From Phoronis australis (lineage: Eukaryota; Animalia; Phoronida): a stretch of 64,000 bases of DNA. A program made the position numbers and the translations under genes. How positions within the stretch are numbered: the stretch's first letter is position 1; every line of letters starts with the position of its first letter. Location of the stretch: contig NMRA01000078.1 of the NCBI GenBank assembly GCA_002633005.1, positions 739,565-803,564 of the forward strand. Direction: 5' to 3'. The notes under the pieces were generated by a model. The model did no database searches and had not been told where the DNA came from. It worked only from the letters and a program-made list of their open reading frames with translations. Shown piece after piece: positions 39,213 to 52,600 of the stretch.

Positions 39213-42200
39213 CTTCAACACGTTGTACTGACACTGCCCGCGAATTCAAAATGGCTTCGAAGTTAAGCGTTGCTCCTCCAAGAAGGTGCCAACGACTTGG
39301 CAAGTAGGCTAATTATGCAACTCAAGTCAAAGAAAATTAGAGAAAGACGCGTAATCTCGTTGTATGGTTTGATTTCGTGAGAAGTGAAGCGTAACAATGA
39401 CATCAGCAAACCATTCAGCTTGACCGAGGGCGCGGCGTATTTAGTAGGCTACTGTCCACTTCAGTGCGTCGATGGTGAAAGTGAGACGCCTGCCGAACAA
39501 TCAATTTGGGTGTCGCGTTCCAACACAGATTATGTTGCCAAACGATGATCGCGAAGCAGAAACTATTTCCCACTTAGCCAAAACATCAAGATAAATAAGC
39601 GGAAGAAACTCATTTGCGTTTAATGATTCATTAACACAAGAGAAGGCTAAATGTCAAACGCATAACCGAAAGTCCTGGTTACGGAGGGCATGCGTCAAAA
39701 ACCAGAAAAGAAAGACAGAAAAACAAGAAGAGAGAAATGCAACTGAAGAGAATGTTTGTAAACCACGAGTGCTTTGATTTATCCTTCGATGTCCCAGGCC
39801 ATGACATTGTTTTTGGGGCCCCATTTTGTACTGCTAAACGCATTTGAATCGTACTCATTCGTACGTGTAGGCTATTTAAAAAAATAGTCGAGGAAATTTG
39901 TGAAGCACAGTTTTTGCACAGCATATTAATTCACTGGATTTTAAATTCAAGAGGAGAATGCTAGGGAGTGAAAAACTATATTTCACCAGGGACTAGTCTC
40001 TGACAAGAGATAATGGAGTCTTCTGTCGCTCTCCTTTTTCGTTGTTCCCGAAATAGTATATCACTAGATGAAAATTAAGAACCTGACAGATCACATCAAT
40101 TGTTGTTCATTTCCTTTTTTTGAAATTACAGATCCTTTTTGTAATTAGAGGCCCAGCCCTTGGAGAGGCCCGTTGGTGTATTGTTATCGCGGCAACCCTT
40201 TTGATAGGAGGATCCAGGGATGTCAAAGGGGTCCAGACCCTTTTTTTACCCTTGATTTTAGTGATGTCAGATCTACAGTTTTCAAATTGTTGACTTGAAC
40301 CTCCCTTTTTTAAAAATCTTTGATCCGATCCTTCGCCCCTTTAAAAATCCTGGATCCGCCCCTGTGCTTGGTGATTTTTATTAGTAGCTGCTTAAAAGGC
40401 CGCTTATGGAGGGAGGGCCTAATGATACAATCTAATACCTCAGTTTTCCTGTTTCAGTGAAATCGTACAACCTTTTATACTGAAGAAGGTCATTTCCGAC
40501 CCCTATATTCCACCGAATGCCCCTCCAGAGTCTGCGAGCATGCCATCGGAAATTCTTCATAATATTCTGTTTTGATAAACTAAATATTCGTTGGTTACTG
40601 ATTTACATGTACGAAAAACGAATGATTCATAGATGAGTTTTTGACGCTAATTTTGTAAGAATTGATGATGCTTCAGGTAACTCAATTGCAGACTGAAGGT
40701 GAGGAAATCTTTCCGCTCCCCAAATAATAAAGTACTCAAGACGTTCTTTGCTATCTAAAATAACTATCAAAGGTATGATAAAATTCGAAGATTTCTACAG
40801 GGTTTCTCAAAAATGTACTTGCAATTCAAATGACAGTAAATGCATTGTTTATTGACTTAGGAACAAGATTAGCGGTTTAAACTCACAAACAGGACAACAA
40901 AAGGCAACTAAGTTTTTAAATTAAATTTAATTCATTGCTCATCAACTTCGTACGGTTAATTATCTTTGCACTTCCTTGATGATTTTTTAGTTTCCAGTTA
41001 CGGTACATTGTGCAATAAATTTTTCGCTCTCCAGGCAAAACTGAGTCGTTTGTTTGATTATAGCACGTGATGGCTCAAGTCCGGACTTGAAAACAAGATG
41101 TGAATCGTGTTGTAAGCACGAGCGCAGAAATTAATACACCGGAAGTGAATTTTAACTCTCGGCGTTTATACTGAAGTGCGAGGACAAGTTTTTGGGATAC
41201 CCTGTGTACCATTTGTCCCCAGCCACTAGAAACTGTGCTACCCGTGTTTCAAGAAGGGATTTTGAAACAGCCACAAAAGCAATGTTCTAGAGTCTCCGGA
41301 ATCTCACTGTTTCAAAATTTACACCTTCAAAGGATGACTCTAAAACGATTTTCCCCAAACTGGACCATACCTTAGGGCCAGTGCAGATGGATAAGTGCGA
41401 GCTGAACTGCCAGTCTCGAACGAATCATCTGAGCTGACCAGCGGCTAGTCTATTTCATCCAATTTGTATTTTCAGACCTTTGGTTGGCGTGAGCTAAGAC
41501 TTGAGACAGACAGCCCAAATTCTATTCAGCTAAGCATCTGTTGGCCGGCCTCATTGTCACTCTCCATGAAATTTTGTTGAAACACGGTTGCTCAACTTCT
41601 GCCCCCCGTTAAGTTGGTGGTTATCGGAATCCGTAACTGTTGTTCCCTCCCCAAACACTCCCCCCCCCCCCTTTAATCCCATTGCATTGACAGAAACACG
41701 AAACTGTTGAAAACGTAACTTGATTTTGAAGCACCCTGTAGTGGAAACTGCAGAACTGTAATATTAATAATTATGGGTTAGAGTTTCGGGCATGTTAGGC
41801 CGCTGTTCCGCTGCCAATGTTGAATTTTTAACAGTAGCGCTTTGGGGTTTGAAAATGAACCACGCGTACCCGATGAGCCGGCACCTCAAGTCACAGGCAA
41901 TCAATGCGTACTTGAGTGAGCTATTTTTTGAATTTCAATTTTAGGTTTGGCCAACCCCAGGTCTGAAGCGTTCCCTCGATTTGCCACTGGTTACTTTGTT
42001 CTTGTTCGTAGCGGAAATCAAGTCCCATCACTGCAAGGAACATTTTAGTCGTTTCTGCAGCTAAAATATACTGATGATAGATTCCGTTCCTTGTTGTCGT
42101 TGGTCGGTGGAGACCTATTTTCCTGAATGTTTCAGCCACAGGAATTGACATATTTTCTGAAAAAGACTTAAAAGATGAAGAACCGGAACAAATACTAGAT

Positions 42201-45154
42201 ATTGCAAGTTTCCAACTATATTTGTTATCAACTAACACTAGAAACTGTTATTTAATAGGAGTTAAATCATAACCTCTGTTATATTATGGAATATAATATT
42301 TTGTGAGGCTCTTTTTCCAAGAGACCCTATAGAGACCCATGAGAAATTTGCCCCATTAATGTAAGGATTATTACGAGACCGCTTTTATGAACTCGTGTTC
42401 TGTTGCACCTTAACACTATGTCAATGCAGATTTTTTAGAATGTAAGAATTTTACAATTTATGTTGCTCTTGTATAATTTCATTTCACTAAATTTTGTATT
42501 TTCGAGTATTTCTTTACGTCCTTCCGGAGTTTTCACATCAAAATACCATAGTCTGCAGCACCCGTTATTGTCGTTCTCTGACAATTTATCGAAAGTACTA
42601 TTATTGCATGCGGTCCTTACAAAAATAAGTCACCGTCGGCGAACACTCGTTGTTGGAAACCGAAGTTATCACATTGCCATTCAGTTCAAAGTCCATTGAG
42701 GTCTTGGGTGTGGGCCGGGTATAATAATTATAAATTGACAAACAAATGTATCCCAACAGAATTTCCTTTCATTTATTGTCTCCCCTGAGGTATTTGTAAT
42801 TGCACACCTTGGAAACGTCTTATCTTCACTCGCCTGATAAAAATATCAACAAGCTGTCTTAGCCTATTTTGTGGTGACTAGCCTGTATAATTCAGTCAAA
42901 AACACGCATTTTTCAAAACATTTGTTTTGATGCAACTTACATTTTGCTGTGTAAGCACTATTATACGAATTAAAATATTTTGCCTGCCTACTGACCTGTG
43001 TATACATAAGCTCTATTTACACAACCATAATCAAATATTTTACTAGCTTACTGCCAGACGTATTGCATGAGCAAGCGTACGCACCTAACTATACTTGGTT
43101 GTGATCTCGCACTAAGATTCTGGCAGGTATGGCTTACTATTACCTCCAAAGTGCCCATGTGAGACCTGAGAGTGGGATATAAAGAATTCAAAAACACATA
43201 ATTAAGCGGAATTGACCCCTTTTAAAACTACGCTTGCTTTATTCATAACGTTATATCAATTAAAACGCTAATTATTTTCTCCCGTCTCCGGCCACTTAGC
43301 TGTGCTGGACTAGCGTCAAACAAATTTTGCACCAAGGCTATATTTTGCCATGCAGTGTTAAATGTTTGTGCAGTCCATTGACAGGGACGAACTGAGATAG
43401 CTCAACTACACCTAGTAGGCCTACCCTCAACCAGTTGCTGCAAAGCCGTTTTACTTTCAGTTTCCATTCAGAGAGACGGGATGGGCATTCGACACCATTG
43501 TCCTTTTAACAGTATTCCTGTCGCGTTGCGGCAACAATTCAGTTGCAGCAGACATCATTTTTATTAATATTGTTTATAGCACTTACTCAAGAATGAGGTT
43601 TTAAGTGTCAAAATATCCACTCAAGTCTAATTTCACATCGGGGCGATACCTGAGAGACAAATACCACCACCTGCAGGTTAGTCCGTAACATTCCACTACG
43701 CCCTTTGTATCGCATCGCCATCTATTCATAGACTCTTTAACTAAAGGTCAGTTACCCATGTCCTGCGTCTGTTTCCTGTTGAGATGTCCCAGAAAATGAC
43801 GCGTTTTTCAAGATTTGGAGACTGGTGACATGTAGTTGTGTATTATCACGTGGTTAATTTGTTAGCCTACTCGACAATTTGCAATCCACGTTGAAGAAAC
43901 CACAGTTTGATTTGCTCGCTGGTTACTAAATGATAGCGACGAACGAGGCCTAGTGCTAGGCAAACTGACGAGAGGTCAAAGATTGCACGTCGAGTGAGTG
44001 ACGCATTTGGTTCTTTCGCTTCCAGATTGATAACTTACTTCGCTTGATCATCGATAAAGCATGTACCAAAACGATTCGTGGGCTGTCTTCTGTTTATGTT
44101 ATCACTTAAATTGTACTCCTATCAGGGCATGGCTAGGAATTTTCGTAGCATCGCATAAAATGTCATTTGTCCTCAGCCAAGGCTAATGCATTGGGAAAGA
44201 CTGAAAGGCCAATCAAGGGCAACGCTAACCGAATCATGTAATCTACCTAGGCCTAGCCCTTTCATGTGTAGGGATCATTACAGCTGTAGTTTAAATGTTT
44301 CCAAGTTAATAACCTTTGGTGAGTGTGTAAACTACTGGTATGTGTTGACAGGAAACTACATGATTTGTTGGCATTTTGTCACATTTTGGGGCGTGAACTG
44401 ATGGTTAGAATGTGGAAAATCAAATAGTCAAAATTTACAGATTCATGATATATAGCAGTCATGGCTTATCTTTACTGAAAATCTTTGTGGTTTGCCACCT
44501 GCTTTTAAACAGATGGCAAACCACAAAGATATGTGGCTCTTTCGCAAAAGTCTTCTGGGTAATTTCTTGCAGTCCCTGGACTATGTTAAGTCAGATTGCT
44601 AAGAGTTAAGAATGCAACATTCAGTGAGTGGGACTAGGAAATCGAAATGCAAGTGTGGCTATATATAATACGTACAGTACTGTGGTCTAACATGCACTTT
44701 TTATTGGAGGGAGGGGTCAGGCACTTAATTAAAATGTAGTGCACGAGAGAAGCTGTTCAAATGGGTATTTTTTTGCAGTCAGATGCCTTTTGCCATTTTC
44801 AATTTCTTTCAAAAAGGTTTGTTTTATGGATAATAAATCTTCCAAATTTTGTGGTTCGTTGATTATACTATATACTATTGGGAACAGAAATACTCAACTT
44901 GAACTCAAAGTCAATGTCAACCTGCTCCAGTTACTTATTAAGAATAAAGCCACTACAGTCAAAAAGATCATTTGTTGAATTGTAATTCAATCAATAAACT
45001 TTTGTAAACGTCCTTGCATGGGTCTGTCTATGTTACATTAAGAAGGTGAATATCTTACAAAGTGGGCTCCTATTAATTATGTTGTGGCAATTATGGGATG
45101 GGGCCATTGTTCTACAAATTCCTTTTACTAGTCGCATGCATAACTTAAACAGTA

Positions 45155-45330
45155 TAGTGGCGGAATTAGGAGGGATGGGGGGGTTGACAAGGGGGCCATG
45201 GCCCTCCCTAAAATTCTCCCAGATTCCATTTGGCAGTTGGGGGGGTGCGAATATCTGACGGGCAAAATCCCAGCTAATACAGTCTGCCCTGCCCTGCCCC
45301 CCCCAACTCAAAATCATGGATCCGCCCCTG
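45155..45330. mobile_element. Short G/C-tract MITE (AGTGGCGGA..TCCGCCCCT termini); inverted relative at ~57850..58004, similar ends at ~38315..38465 and ~40210..40365
   Basis: Imperfect TIRs; 45230..45295 matches the reverse complement of ~57885..57945. Confidence 0.55.
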
Positions 45331-45477
45331 CAGTAGGGTAACCGAGGTGTGGTGTCAAATCTATTTGCTATGACACTGGTACAGCTTCTTCTCCTGTCAT
45401 GCTAACTTCACGAAATTATGTTGCTTAATTAATATGTTATGTAAATTTTATGTTTTTAGAAAGTCATAAAGAAGTAT

Positions 45478-45557
45478 TGTGCCTTGCAGGATTTGAACGG
45501 TAGTGGCTTGCAAGCTACGCGTGACCGGTGTGGTGATCTTACCACTGTACCATGAGG
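45478..45557 (-). mobile_element. Degenerate tRNA-like/SINE head
   Basis: Minus-strand A-box-like TGGTACAGTGG and B-box-like GTTCAAATCC; no clean cloverleaf. Confidence 0.35.
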
Positions 45558-46386
45558 GATGTTACAGATTGTTGTTTGCGTTTTGTTGTGTAATGATTTT
45601 GTTCTTTAGTTGTGCATGATGATAATTGCTATTGTTAGTAGATTTGTAGGTCATGGTGATAGTTGCTGTGGTATTGATGATCTGACCAAAATACATGTGT
45701 AGGTGATGGTGATAGTTGCTGTGTTTTTTATGATTTATCTACCAACCAGATAATAGATTTGTTGGTCATGGGCACTCGTTAAGACATTTGACTTGGTTGT
45801 AAGTTTTTTTTTCAGCTAAGTTTTCGTAGAGCCCAACAGCAAGGACAATAGAGGTTTCTCATTCCTCTGCAGTAACGTACGATCTGTTACTCAATAATAT
45901 ACATGTCATCAATTGTGACTCCTATTCAAAATCCTGAGTCTGCTCTTATTAAATGGATGAATTTTTATTGTCAGTGCTTAATATAACTTGGTGGGTGCTA
46001 TAATTTCCTATTGACCCGTCCTGGTAAAAAAATAATGATTTCCCTCATCCCACTGTGGCAAGGCATAGGATGGTCTTGCCTGATCTTCAATCTTAGTTGC
46101 AAGACTGTTAACCATAGGTAAGATTCCTCCCAAGAAGAACTGACAATAGGCTGTATAAGGTCAATGGTAAAGTCTTATTGAGGTCATAACCTTGCACTCA
46201 CCTGATTCTAGATTGGAGACGTGTCACAGGAGCTGGCATTGTTTTCAGTCAGTAGGCAGTTAAGGGGTAGTGCTCACGTGATGTCAACTTGCCTGACACC
46301 TATTATCATAGCTAAATGGGCATCATTGTTAAATCAGATTGGTTCTTGCATGATCTCTTTCTCGTATACATCCCTTGGGGAGTTCA

Positions 46387-46455
46387 TGGCTATGTGAATG
46401 TACCCTGGCTATGTGAATGTACCCTGGCTATGTGAATGTACCCTGGCTATGTGAA
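46387..46455. repeat. 19-bp minisatellite (TGGCTATGTGAATGTACCC)n, ~3.6 copies
   Basis: Directly visible, just upstream of the acceptor at 46476. Confidence 0.9.
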
Positions 46456-46506
46456 CGCTCCGCTGTTTTTTTGCAGATGTTTGTGGAGGTTAGTCGAGCC
46501 CTGTAG

Positions 46507-46656
46507 ATGTCAAAAATGAGTGACGGTGTTCGCATGACAAGCTTGACGAGAAGAGCACGAACACACCCTCAGGACATACTGTGGGGAGAGCCTGAAGAAG
46601 TTCAGATAGTGAAAACTATGGACAATAAACTGGGCTTCAATTTTGTAAATGTTCGC
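46507..46656 (+). CDS. Exon 1: N-terminus and start of PDZ1 (EEVQIVKTMDNKLGFNFVNVR)
   Basis: GLGF-like K..KLGF loop; donor CGC|GTAAGT. Confidence 0.8.
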
Positions 46657-49600
46657 GTAAGTTCTTCAGCCAACTATAGTCCTCTGTATTATTACGTGAT
46701 GTTATCGCCCAAATGGTTGGCAGTTGTTGCACTTGTCCTTGTTACTTAGTAAGGTTGTTAAACTGTGAGCTTTGTTATATTGCATCATAACGGATAATTC
46801 TGCTTAACATTGTGCGAGCATGGAAGCGACTTTTAGTTGATTCAATCTCGTGATAGTCTTCTCGATCATTACGGGCTCTCTATTCAAAATTCACGGGGAT
46901 AATAAATGAATTATCATCACAGCTAGGAGCATAAAATCTTTTAAGCCGTGTTTACTTACACAGTCCAACTAGAACAGTTGTATGACTAAGAGGAGGGTTC
47001 ACAAAGAGCTGCTATCACTGACCTTCCAAGCCAGTTTCACTTGTTTATTTATAAACCATTAACTTAAAATGCCAGTTTGCCTAGTTAGACAAATTGCTCA
47101 GTTATGCAAACTAAGCTAATAATTAATTGTTTGCGTAAGGTATGACAAAATACCATTAAAATGCAATATCAATAACCAAAATGTCTGTATTGGGTCATAT
47201 ATTTAATCATTTTTAACAATATGCCGATCTTACCACAGATTCATTTTTGTCCTAGTAAGTCGTTGTTTGTTGCAGGACGAGGTGGAGACGTATTCCATTG
47301 TCACTAGTATTGGCAATGAGTGTACTGTTCAACAAGGTGACTTATCGAAAGGTTGTCGCATCATTGAAGTCAACCGTCACAACATTACGCATGAAAGTGG
47401 TGAAAAAATCCACAGACTGTTGCTATCGACGACCAGCGTCGCCTTCCTATGTGTGAGGAAAGCAACTGGACTCCTACCGTTGTCAAGGATTGAAGATAGT
47501 CACGTAACCAATGTCGCCACTAACCACTTGCCACTTACTAAAACTGGAAGTAGTAGTAGCTCAAATGCCAGTGGCGATCATCTGTCAAATATTACAGGTG
47601 TGATCAAGGACACTAATAATCATGTACAGGTTACCAAAAAGACGAGCAACAGCAGTTCCAATGTCAGCATTGGTCGTCAGTCAGGTATGGAAATTAGGCC
47701 CCTCGTCAAAAATGGCCAAGAACCCCTTCCAACAAAAAGAAGTAGTAGTGGCTCAAACGCTAGTGCTGATCATTTGTGGAGTACTGAAAGTGCCGTCAGT
47801 GTAAACCTGGAGAGTGTATCAGCCCAGGAGAGTGGTGGTCAGCTTGGTTCATCCAGGATCAGACAGGTGGCAGCAGCGGACAATAATTTAATAGGTTACG
47901 TCCTCAAGAGCCCCCACCGCGTCAGATGGCATGAAAGAATGCTAAAACTGGAAATAAAAAATGTTCCCGGCGCCAAACTGCTGGAGAAGAAATGCAAGAG
48001 AAGCAAAGCTGACATCTACTTATTGGTCACTTTGGTTGAGTCTAGCAGTCCTGCTTATGGTGTTTTGAAAGCCGGAGACTGGATTAGATCAGTGAACGGT
48101 GTTCCAATTCACGATGAAGAAACGGTAAATAATGCAATTGCTTAAAGTTTATCGCGGACGGTATTACTTGTAAAGTTGGTTCCTTCTGATCGGTGTGTTA
48201 AGAACATCGCTCTGAGCCCAACAGTACTATAAATTGCAAATGTAATGAACTAGTAGGTTAAATGGCTTGCATTTGTCTATGTCACCATTAGAATCACCTT
48301 TTAAGTGAAACAGCTGCAAAAACAATGGTGTTCTATTGAAGCCCCTATTCAATTCAGCCTTTTGTTATTTGTGCTGGATTGTCCTAATGATGTATGGTAA
48401 CATGGCACGAAAAGACAATTTCACATATTGTTTGATGGGCCTATATTCGATTGTTTTGCTAAGGCTTTGCTAGGACTATAGTTAGCCCAATGCATCTAAA
48501 ATAATTAAATTCTATTCAAGATAGGCTTTAAAGCATCAGAGAAACTGACTGATTTAGACCATTTACTGCTATGAAATTGGTCTCTGCTTAATCATGAGAT
48601 CGTGTACGCGTGAACTTGGAATTAAATATTCATTAAAGTAATCAGATGCTAGTTTTTCTTCAATGTAAAGAAACTTTCAAATTATTGGCGCCACGATCAT
48701 CTGTTTTTTTCCTTTACTGGAACTTGTGTCTCACAATCGAGGAATATGTGAATGGTTAATCAATAATTGTTTGGTGAATAAGATTGTCAAACAGAACAAT
48801 AAATGTCGATAAAAATTACTTTATTTTGTTAAAATGCGATTTGCTTTAGTGCAGTACAAATTTTTTCAACGTGAACAAGATTGTTTGAGTGACCTTGCCA
48901 TATTTCTTAGGGTATTCAAGTTTACGCATACATTATCTTGAGATTAATAAGCAAAATTCAAAGTCAAAGCACGATAGATTAAAGACGCTATGTTTCATTA
49001 ACACTGTGACCGTAATTCTTTAAATTTGTAGCAATTGCTGCTTAGTGACTTCCTGGAGAATTGTGTGTACAAGTATAATCAGGAAACAAAATAATTGGAA
49101 ATAAATTGCGGTTTTAAAAAAACTGTGCAACTAATGCTCTTAAAAACGTGTAAACATATAAAAAGCAAGTAATTCCAAATATTACGCAATTATTATTTGA
49201 TAGTTAAAATCAGTAAATAATAAAAACTGTGCATTGTTTCTTTTGGGTAACAACAGTGCTCATTTACGTAAAAATAGTCCCACAAAACGAGACTTTGCGA
49301 GATTGCAATGGTAACTGGTTCTCCGATGGAGGACCGCGGTTGTTCATAAATTAGTACATCATTTGCACATTCACAATTTAATGAGACTATGTGTCTTTAA
49401 CTTGGATCTTTATCAAATTGGTTTAAGAATTCCCTTGCCTCAATACCGACTTCTTTCTGCCACTTAAATTGAGAGAGTGGTTGAGGTTGACTCGAAGCAT
49501 CCAACCTAATTGGGAAGGGTAGGACAACGCTATTAAAACTTGCAGTGTTTTGACACCATTTGTACTTGATGTTGGTTGAGCCGTGTACATAGAGAGAAAA

Positions 49601-52600
49601 ACATGGATATTCTTAATAAATAGCCGTGAACGCAAGCAGCTCATGTGACGCCATATTGTGTGGAGGTTCACTGTAAACGAACCAATATGGCTGCAGGTGA
49701 ATAGGGACCTTGGTGTATTAAATGCAAAATACTGACAAACAGAAATACGCTAAGCATTATTAGCGGGATACTTAAATTTAAGACTTAAGATTTTCAGATG
49801 AATGTTCTGATATCAACGTAAAAATTCCGAATATATAAGCACTTTGGTACATATTTCATCAAAATCGACCCACTGATTTCAAACTTAGTTCCCTATATCA
49901 TACCAAGTTAAACAGTACATAGCACTCAGCTCCAAACTACAAAATGGCCGCCCGGCTATACGTATACAAAATCATGTGATGGCCAATCTCTGCCTCTATA
50001 TCTATGGTTTGAGTAATCAGTGAGGAAATGAAATTCACTCTTTATAGTGATATGGAGGGTTTGAGACCTGTTTTGTCTGGTTGAATAATCTGGTTTATAA
50101 TTTACATTTCAGGTACTAGGTGAATAAAGTGTCCCAAGAAGCTTTATTGTTGACATCCAGTCACCATGTTGTTTACATACTTTTTATTTTTTCAAGAATG
50201 TCTTCATGACAAAACAAAACATTGACTGACTTTGTTGGAATCGTTTTAACCGAACTAAGTTATTATAAACAGTAAACGATTGTTTTCAGGCACGAAAATT
50301 TCAAGGCATTATAGAGAATTGCCAGGAACCCACAATAACAATGCACGTCCAACGACCGTTTGATATCCTCGAAGCTTCTTCATCCTCGAGTGTCACTCAG
50401 GTGCCCTCTGGTGTCACCCAGGTGACTTCCATTTCTGATATCCGCCACGTGCCTTCAACTTGTGTTGAGAGCATACCTTCGACTTCTGCTAATAACTTGT
50501 TTGAAGTACCGAAAACAGTGTCTACTGATCCTCAACTGCAAGCTGCTTTTAACTCAATTGTATCAAAGGCATTAAACAAACCAACAAATTACTTTCCGCA
50601 GAGCAAGGTTATTGTGATTGGTTCGAACAGTGAGATGGTGGCCAAGTACGTGCTGGGTTGTGATTCGCAGCCCACGTCACATTTGCTGCGCAACGTCCAT
50701 AAACGCGTGGTTCGTGTGAATTGCAAAGATAGGGAAGTATTAATCACACCTCCTGACGGATATACTTCAACAGTGGATGAATGTCTTGCCCACCAGGTGA
50801 TTAAAGAGGTCTTTGAGAGCACGACACTTGATGAATGTGCAAGAGTTCAGATAAGTAAAAGCCTGATGCACAACAACATTCAAGACGTGCGAGGCATCGA
50901 CGGCCAGTTACTAGCGCGGCTCTTGGCTGATGGTGGTGTGGTCAACAGTGCACTCTTTGACCTGGAAATCACCTGTTTGAAGGACACGCCAGTAGCTGTA
51001 GCTTGCAGGCCCATCCTCTTCTCACACCTCGCACAGTTTGTGTTGACATTCAATGTGGATGAACTTCTTGAAAACGGAGAATACGTGATGAGTCGTCTGT
51101 TCACGAACTTAACAGAAATTCGTTTTTTCACAGGAAAGGACACCCCAGTGTTGCTTGTTTGTTGTGGAGCCATGCGTAGTGATGTCGATGTCTGCGGAAT
51201 ATTGGACTCGTACAGTCTACGCTCTCTCTTCTCCTCTCACTTAGTGTACAACAGGTCATCCAAGTGCCCTGTATTCCATCTGTGCATGTCACATGGCAGG
51301 TCATGTGAGAGGTCTGGTGACACTGATAATTTAAAGCAGGCCATCATAAACTATGCTGTACGTTCTAGCATGGCCCCGCAGAAGTACCCATTGGCCAGTT
51401 TTGCCTTCTTAAAGCAGATTCAGAAGATGCGTTCCCAAAAACACTTCATCATAGCTGCTAGCACTGCTCGCTGTGTGCTGGAGGATATTTCCGGACCCAT
51501 CAATTCAGATTATCAACACCAGGTGCTGTCCTGTCTTCACTCAATGGGCGAGATTGTTTACAAAGGTAGGGAATTGTTTCATCAGACATGCCCTGCTATG
51601 GTGATAACCTGGCTCATAGCCTACATTCCTCTAAACAGCCATCCCAACTTAAAAAAAAAAAAAATTCCCAAACTTTGTCTTTGAATTTTAACTTAATTAC
51701 TGTATATTGGCCCCTATGTATAGTCCAAATAACATTTTATTTCTGATCAGTCTAAATGTTTTCCAATTGTTTTGCATTAGGTGTCCATTATACACACCAG
51801 GAAGTGGGTGCATTATATTTTTGTATTGTTTTATCCTTTAAGATGCATAGTTGTGAATATGCGAATGAAGTCATGACTAATACAAACAACCGCTGTCCTC
51901 CAGTATGTCGGAAACCATCCGAGAACCAGTTACCGTAATTACAGTCTCGTTAAATCTTGTTTTGCAAGATTATTTTTTGTAAATTAGTATGGTAAGATTG
52001 CTTTGTTACCCTAATGAAATGAGGTACAGTTTTTATCTGTGTCTATTTCAATGTTTGTTTCTTTTCCCGACTCTTCATGTACTCACAGTTCTTCAGGAAG
52101 TCACTAGGTGGCGCTTGCTACACATTTAAATATTCACGTTTTTTATGAGACGACGTCTTTAAGTTGAAAGGTAGTTCTCATCTACTTTCAAATTGAAGCT
52201 TGCAAACATGTCCTGCAGAAGATACTATGCTCAACTTTTCACCCCCATACGGTCAGCCATGTTGTATGTTGCTGCATGTTTGTATAGATGCAGCACCCCG
52301 TACATTCAGAAGGTCCTGAAGATCTGAATATACGGATAATGTATCGCGATTCTGTGAAAGCACAGGTTCCTACTTCTAGAGGACATGCTCCAGCCTGAAG
52401 GTGGTGTATTTATGAACTGATTAAACGCATTGTATCGTTGTAGATCGGTCAGACTCGTGCATCTTTATAAACACGGACGTACTGTTCGCATGTGCAAAGC
52501 AATTGTTCATGGTACCAGCCAAAGTGGATCAAACACGGAGGTGGCGTAGCGATTGGGAGAAACTGGAACAATGTGGCCTGGCTTCGAAAGACTTCCTCTT

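Larger units (their letters stand above)
37087..40886. repeat. Tandem near-identical ~1.9-kb duplication (37087..38981 / 38983..40886) separated by one N; likely uncollapsed haplotypes
   Basis: Offset 1896, scattered substitutions and small indels, N at 38982 exactly at the junction. Confidence 0.9.

Noticed and set aside
41921-42238. 105-aa minus-strand ORF between the two genes
   Set aside because: No recognisable motif or convincing splice signals; length is compatible with chance.
48125-48230. Apparent premature stop (TAA 48143..48145) truncating PDZ2, suggesting a pseudogene or readthrough
   Set aside because: A phase-0 donor at 48124/48125 joins to 50290 and supplies a proper PDZ helix and final strand, so the stop is intronic.
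51566-51684. C-terminal tail of the 447-aa ORF (..NLKKKKIPKLCL) resembling a polybasic membrane anchor
   Set aside because: Intronic read-through past the donor at 51565; the lysines come from a poly-A tract.
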